From NCBI RefSeq assembly GCF_947568905.1, contig NC_079165.1, forward strand, positions 28,892,001-28,956,000: a stretch of 64,000 nucleotides of DNA. Direction: 5' to 3'. This DNA is from Ostrea edulis. Taxonomy: Eukaryota. Every line of letters begins with the position of its first letter. The stretch's first letter is position 1. This document shows positions 60,321 to 64,000 of the stretch, piece after piece. The notes beneath the pieces were generated by a model, which saw nothing but the letters and a program-made list of their open reading frames with translations, searched no databases and was not told where the DNA came from. Position numbers and translations under genes: made by a program.

Positions 60321-60789
60321 TGTGTTTGTTATTTGCTTAGAGACAGTTTCTGTTGTTTTTAAAGTACAAAGGCAGTGGGCAGTACATGCTGTTTATATAG
60401 AAATAAGATATTCTCAAGTATTATTTCTTGATGATATTTGTAATTGTGAGAAAGATCAAAGAAGATATAAATAGTTCATGTATGTTGTTAATATTTACTG
60501 TTGTAAGAAAAAGATTTATAGATCGCGTATGTTGTTGATATTCACTGTTGTAAGATAAAAGATTTATAGATCATGTTCGTTGTTGATATTCACTGTTGTA
60601 AGAAAAAAGATTTATAGGTCATGTCTGTTGTTATTTGTCTTTGTTGTGTGAAAGAAGTCGTCTACTGGTCATCCCTGTTAATCGTATTTGTTGTTTTTGT
60701 AAGAGAGTGTAGGACATGCCTGTTCTCATATATTTTGATTGTGACAACTGAAAATTGTTTACAAGTATATCAAATAATAGAATTATAGA

Positions 60790-62500
60790 ATGGGAAAAAA
60801 GAATATAGCATATTGACCGATGCAAAGTTTGGTTTTAGGACGGGACTTTCTACTGTAGATGCAAAGTTTGTTTTACAGTCACTTATTAACAAAACCCTTT
60901 GTAGTAAAACGAGGCTGTTTTGTTGACTTTCAGAATGCTTTTGATTCAATTGATAGATCTCAATTGTGGTACAAAATATTCAATGAAGGTAGAGAAGGGA
61001 AGTTATTCAATATCATTAAGTCATTGTATGATAATGTTAAAAGTTGTGTAAAATACGTCTTATTTTTCAGTGACTATTTTTGTAATGACAAAGGTTTAAT
61101 ACAAGGCAAAACTTTGTCACCAATTTTCTTTTCTTTATGCGTTAATGATTTTCAGATGATCCTTATTAAGGAACATTGTCCAATTATCGATATTCAGATG
61201 ATAAATTTATTCCTTTTAATGTATGCAGATGCCATGGTTATCATATCCGAAACTCTTGAGGGTTTACAAAAAATGTTAGATGCTCTGAATAAAGAAACTA
61301 AATGTTAAAGTCCAAAAAGCTAAAATTGTTTTCAGGAAAAATTAGATAAGATGAAACATGGTCTTATGATAAGTCATGTTTAAATATTGTCAATGAATTG
61401 AATTACCTTGGCATACTGTTTAATTATAATGGTAAATTTCTCAAAACACAGAAACATGACACAGAACAAGAGAGGAAAGCATTATTTTCGGTCTCCAATA
61501 GTTTGAAAAAAAACAACAACATTCTTTTAATACAGAAACACAATGTTACATTTTTGATACCTATGTCAACACTGTTTTATTGTACGGTTCAGAAATATGG
61601 GGTTTCACAAAGCTCGAGATGTTTTTAAAAATGCATATAGGTTTTTGTAAAAAGCTTTTAGGTGTAAATGATAAAACCTGTAATAATTTAGTTTGCTGTG
61701 AACTTGGTAGAGTTCCTCTAGCAATCAAAATGAAACTTCGAATATTTAAGTATTGGCTTAAATTAAAACAATCAATAACTGTATCTTACATGTTAATGCA
61801 TGTTATGATGAACGAGTTTCCCGTAATGATAGTTGGATTGTAAGCATTCAAAGAGAACCACAGGCAACTGCATCGCTTTGGGTCAATTTACTTTTACAGA
61901 GTACTCTTTAATAGTAAACTCGACCCCAAGCGATGCAATTGCCTGTAAAGAGAACTGGCAAATCCAGGTTTGTCTTATCTTTGGAATGTCTCAAATATAT
62001 GAGTATAAATAAGAATACTTACAAGTTGATTGAACAACTTGTGATGGATGTATTACAAACAAGCAAATTTAGAAGACATTTCAAATTCACCAAAAGGTTG
62101 TTTTTTTTATATCAGCATTAATTTTGATTGATAACTTTTGTTTACAGTTTTACTTAACAGAACCCATTGACTTTGTTCACAGATCTTTTATTACTCGCTT
62201 TAGAACTTCATCTCATAAATTTAATGTTGAAGTTGGAAGACATAATAATATAGTCAGAGAACGACGGTTATGTACTGTTTCTGAGCTAAATGATGTAGAG
62301 GATGAGTTCCATTTTATTTTAAAATGCCCTCTATATGATGACTTGAGAAAAAATATGTTAAGAAATTTTATTATACAAAACCCAGTGTTTTCAAAATGAT
62401 TAAACTCCTCAGTGTCAAAAATACTAAAGAACTGATTAACTGTGGTAATTTTTTACAGTATGCAACTAAGCTACGAAACTCTCATATGGTGTGATAGCAT
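60790..62500 (+). mobile_element. Degenerate non-LTR retrotransposon ORF2 (RT + C-terminal CCHC), RTE-X-like
   Basis: FVDFQNAFDSIDR..QG..LSP..F..LMYAD..NYLGI..YGSEIWG..ELGRVPL..RRLCT....VEDEFHFILKCPLY across several frameshifts. Confidence 0.8.
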
Positions 62501-64000
62501 TTGTTTAATCTAAATTGTACATCGTTGTAACATTGTTGTCTACTCACTTTCCTCAATGCCATTTTTTTTGGTATAATTGTATTTATGTATATCCAATGAG
62601 CCTGCACCTGGCTCACGGAAATAAAGAACCCGTAATCAGACAACAATTCATTTTCATCTTCACTTGAATTCAAGACTTCCTATTCATTCAGGACGTACTC
62701 TTACGACCTGTTTCTCCGTGTCCTAATCTTTCGTAACTCAGTGCGATAAAATATGAACATTTATAAAGAATGAAGTGATAGTACCATTAATTTCCACGAG
62801 AATGTAACTGAATCTTAAAAAGACACAGCCTCGCGATGCTCTGGCGTGGATCGATTTTGATCAGTTCTGTATGTATCTTTTGGTATATTTGATACCTGTA
62901 GCTCACTTAGACATGGCCTTTTATATTAATCTCAATTCAACGGCCATAAAACATTTTGCTCTGAAATTGTGGCTATTGTGGATCTTATCAAGATAGAACG
63001 AACTTGTGTTGAAATGTCAAAGAGATAATTTGCAGTTTTTTTCTCATTGACGGACATATTTTGAATTTCATCACCCATATTAGTGTTCCTATCTGGTGCG
63101 GCATCTACGTGTTTGTAAGGTACTTACACGTCGCAGACGATAAGCTTCGATGGACAAATTCTGCTGATCTGTCTACAAAGTTCATAATGGCGATACCGTG
63201 TTTGTTATGAGATTTCGGACCAAATTCAAGGAGAAACGTGAATAGCATTCATTGGATATGCTTTGTTTTTTCTTGGTGACTCTTGTCTCTGGTTATGAAC
63301 TAATGAACAAAATGTGGTCTCAAGAACCTTTTATGAAATTACCGCTAAAACTAACTCTATAGATTTTTTAACAAGATTTGTTCATCATACTCCACGTCGA
63401 AAGGCAGGTTTCTTGGTCTCATTTTCATCACAGAATTTAAATAGCATATATATAATGAAAGTGTTGGATTTTACAAGCTGAGCGCTTCTGCTTGTAGTAG
63501 CATAAGGTCATAGCACGACTAATGACAGAAAACGGGTGGTCATTGTTGTGTTCAGCCGTTTTCCCACCTGCATATCGATTTCAGTAAAACTGTCAAAGCG
63601 TGCCAGTTAGATATGTTCACTGCTTTTTAAAATACTATATTTCTTTCTTCCAAACGCGACAGACTATACAGAGCATGGACGCGCATTCACAGTGAAGCCA
63701 TTGGTCATCACCACCGGGAATTGTAACGTCTGCTGTATATGAAAATCTCCATTCCGCTTCGGAAAATTATTTCTAATTTCTGTGCAGCGATAGTTTCGTG
63801 AAGTTATTGAATGAAAATATTTCTTAAATCAATTCGCGCCTAAAATATAGAAGTGAAAATGTCGCTCCTCTCTAGGCAAGGAACAATGGTCCGGAAAAAC
63901 CGGAACTCGATCAAAAGGTCAATCCGTAGGAAGCAGACCAGCTCTAAACGAGAGCGGACAGGGCCTCCCGTGGTGGCCCAACCAACTGTGATACAAAAGG

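Noticed and set aside
63120-63200. Possible first exon on the minus strand (MNFVDRSAEF..|GTAAGT)
   Set aside because: No downstream partner exon or protein motif found.

Overview
AT-rich, intron-containing, repeat-dense animal DNA. The repeat families (Penelope-like RT fragments, Helentron-type satellite carriers, tRNA/Meta/V-domain SINEs) point to a bivalve, most likely an oyster (inference). Three host genes could be rebuilt by joining exons by eye: a two-exon type-I membrane mucin-like orphan (-, 2064-4511), the 3' part of an ankyrin-repeat gene (-, 20840-27023), and a two-exon secreted Cys6 + Gly/Tyr/Pro-rich orphan (+, 31923-37204). A duplicated cluster holds five tRNA-Leu copies on one body with three anticodons (AAG, TAG, CAA; 13128-19090). 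Mobile DNA includes a full-length PIF/Harbinger (47050-52877; intact transposase, disabled MADF partner) and a doubly deleted Ngaro/DIRS-type element with perfect split direct repeats (32668-35233). There are also about 20 Penelope-like 3' fragments, L1/Tx1, CR1/L2-like and RTE-X-like LINE remnants, several MITEs, many minisatellites, a 2.2-kb 27-bp satellite and one assembly gap. All calls are by eye with no database searches; ends of degenerate repeats are approximate.
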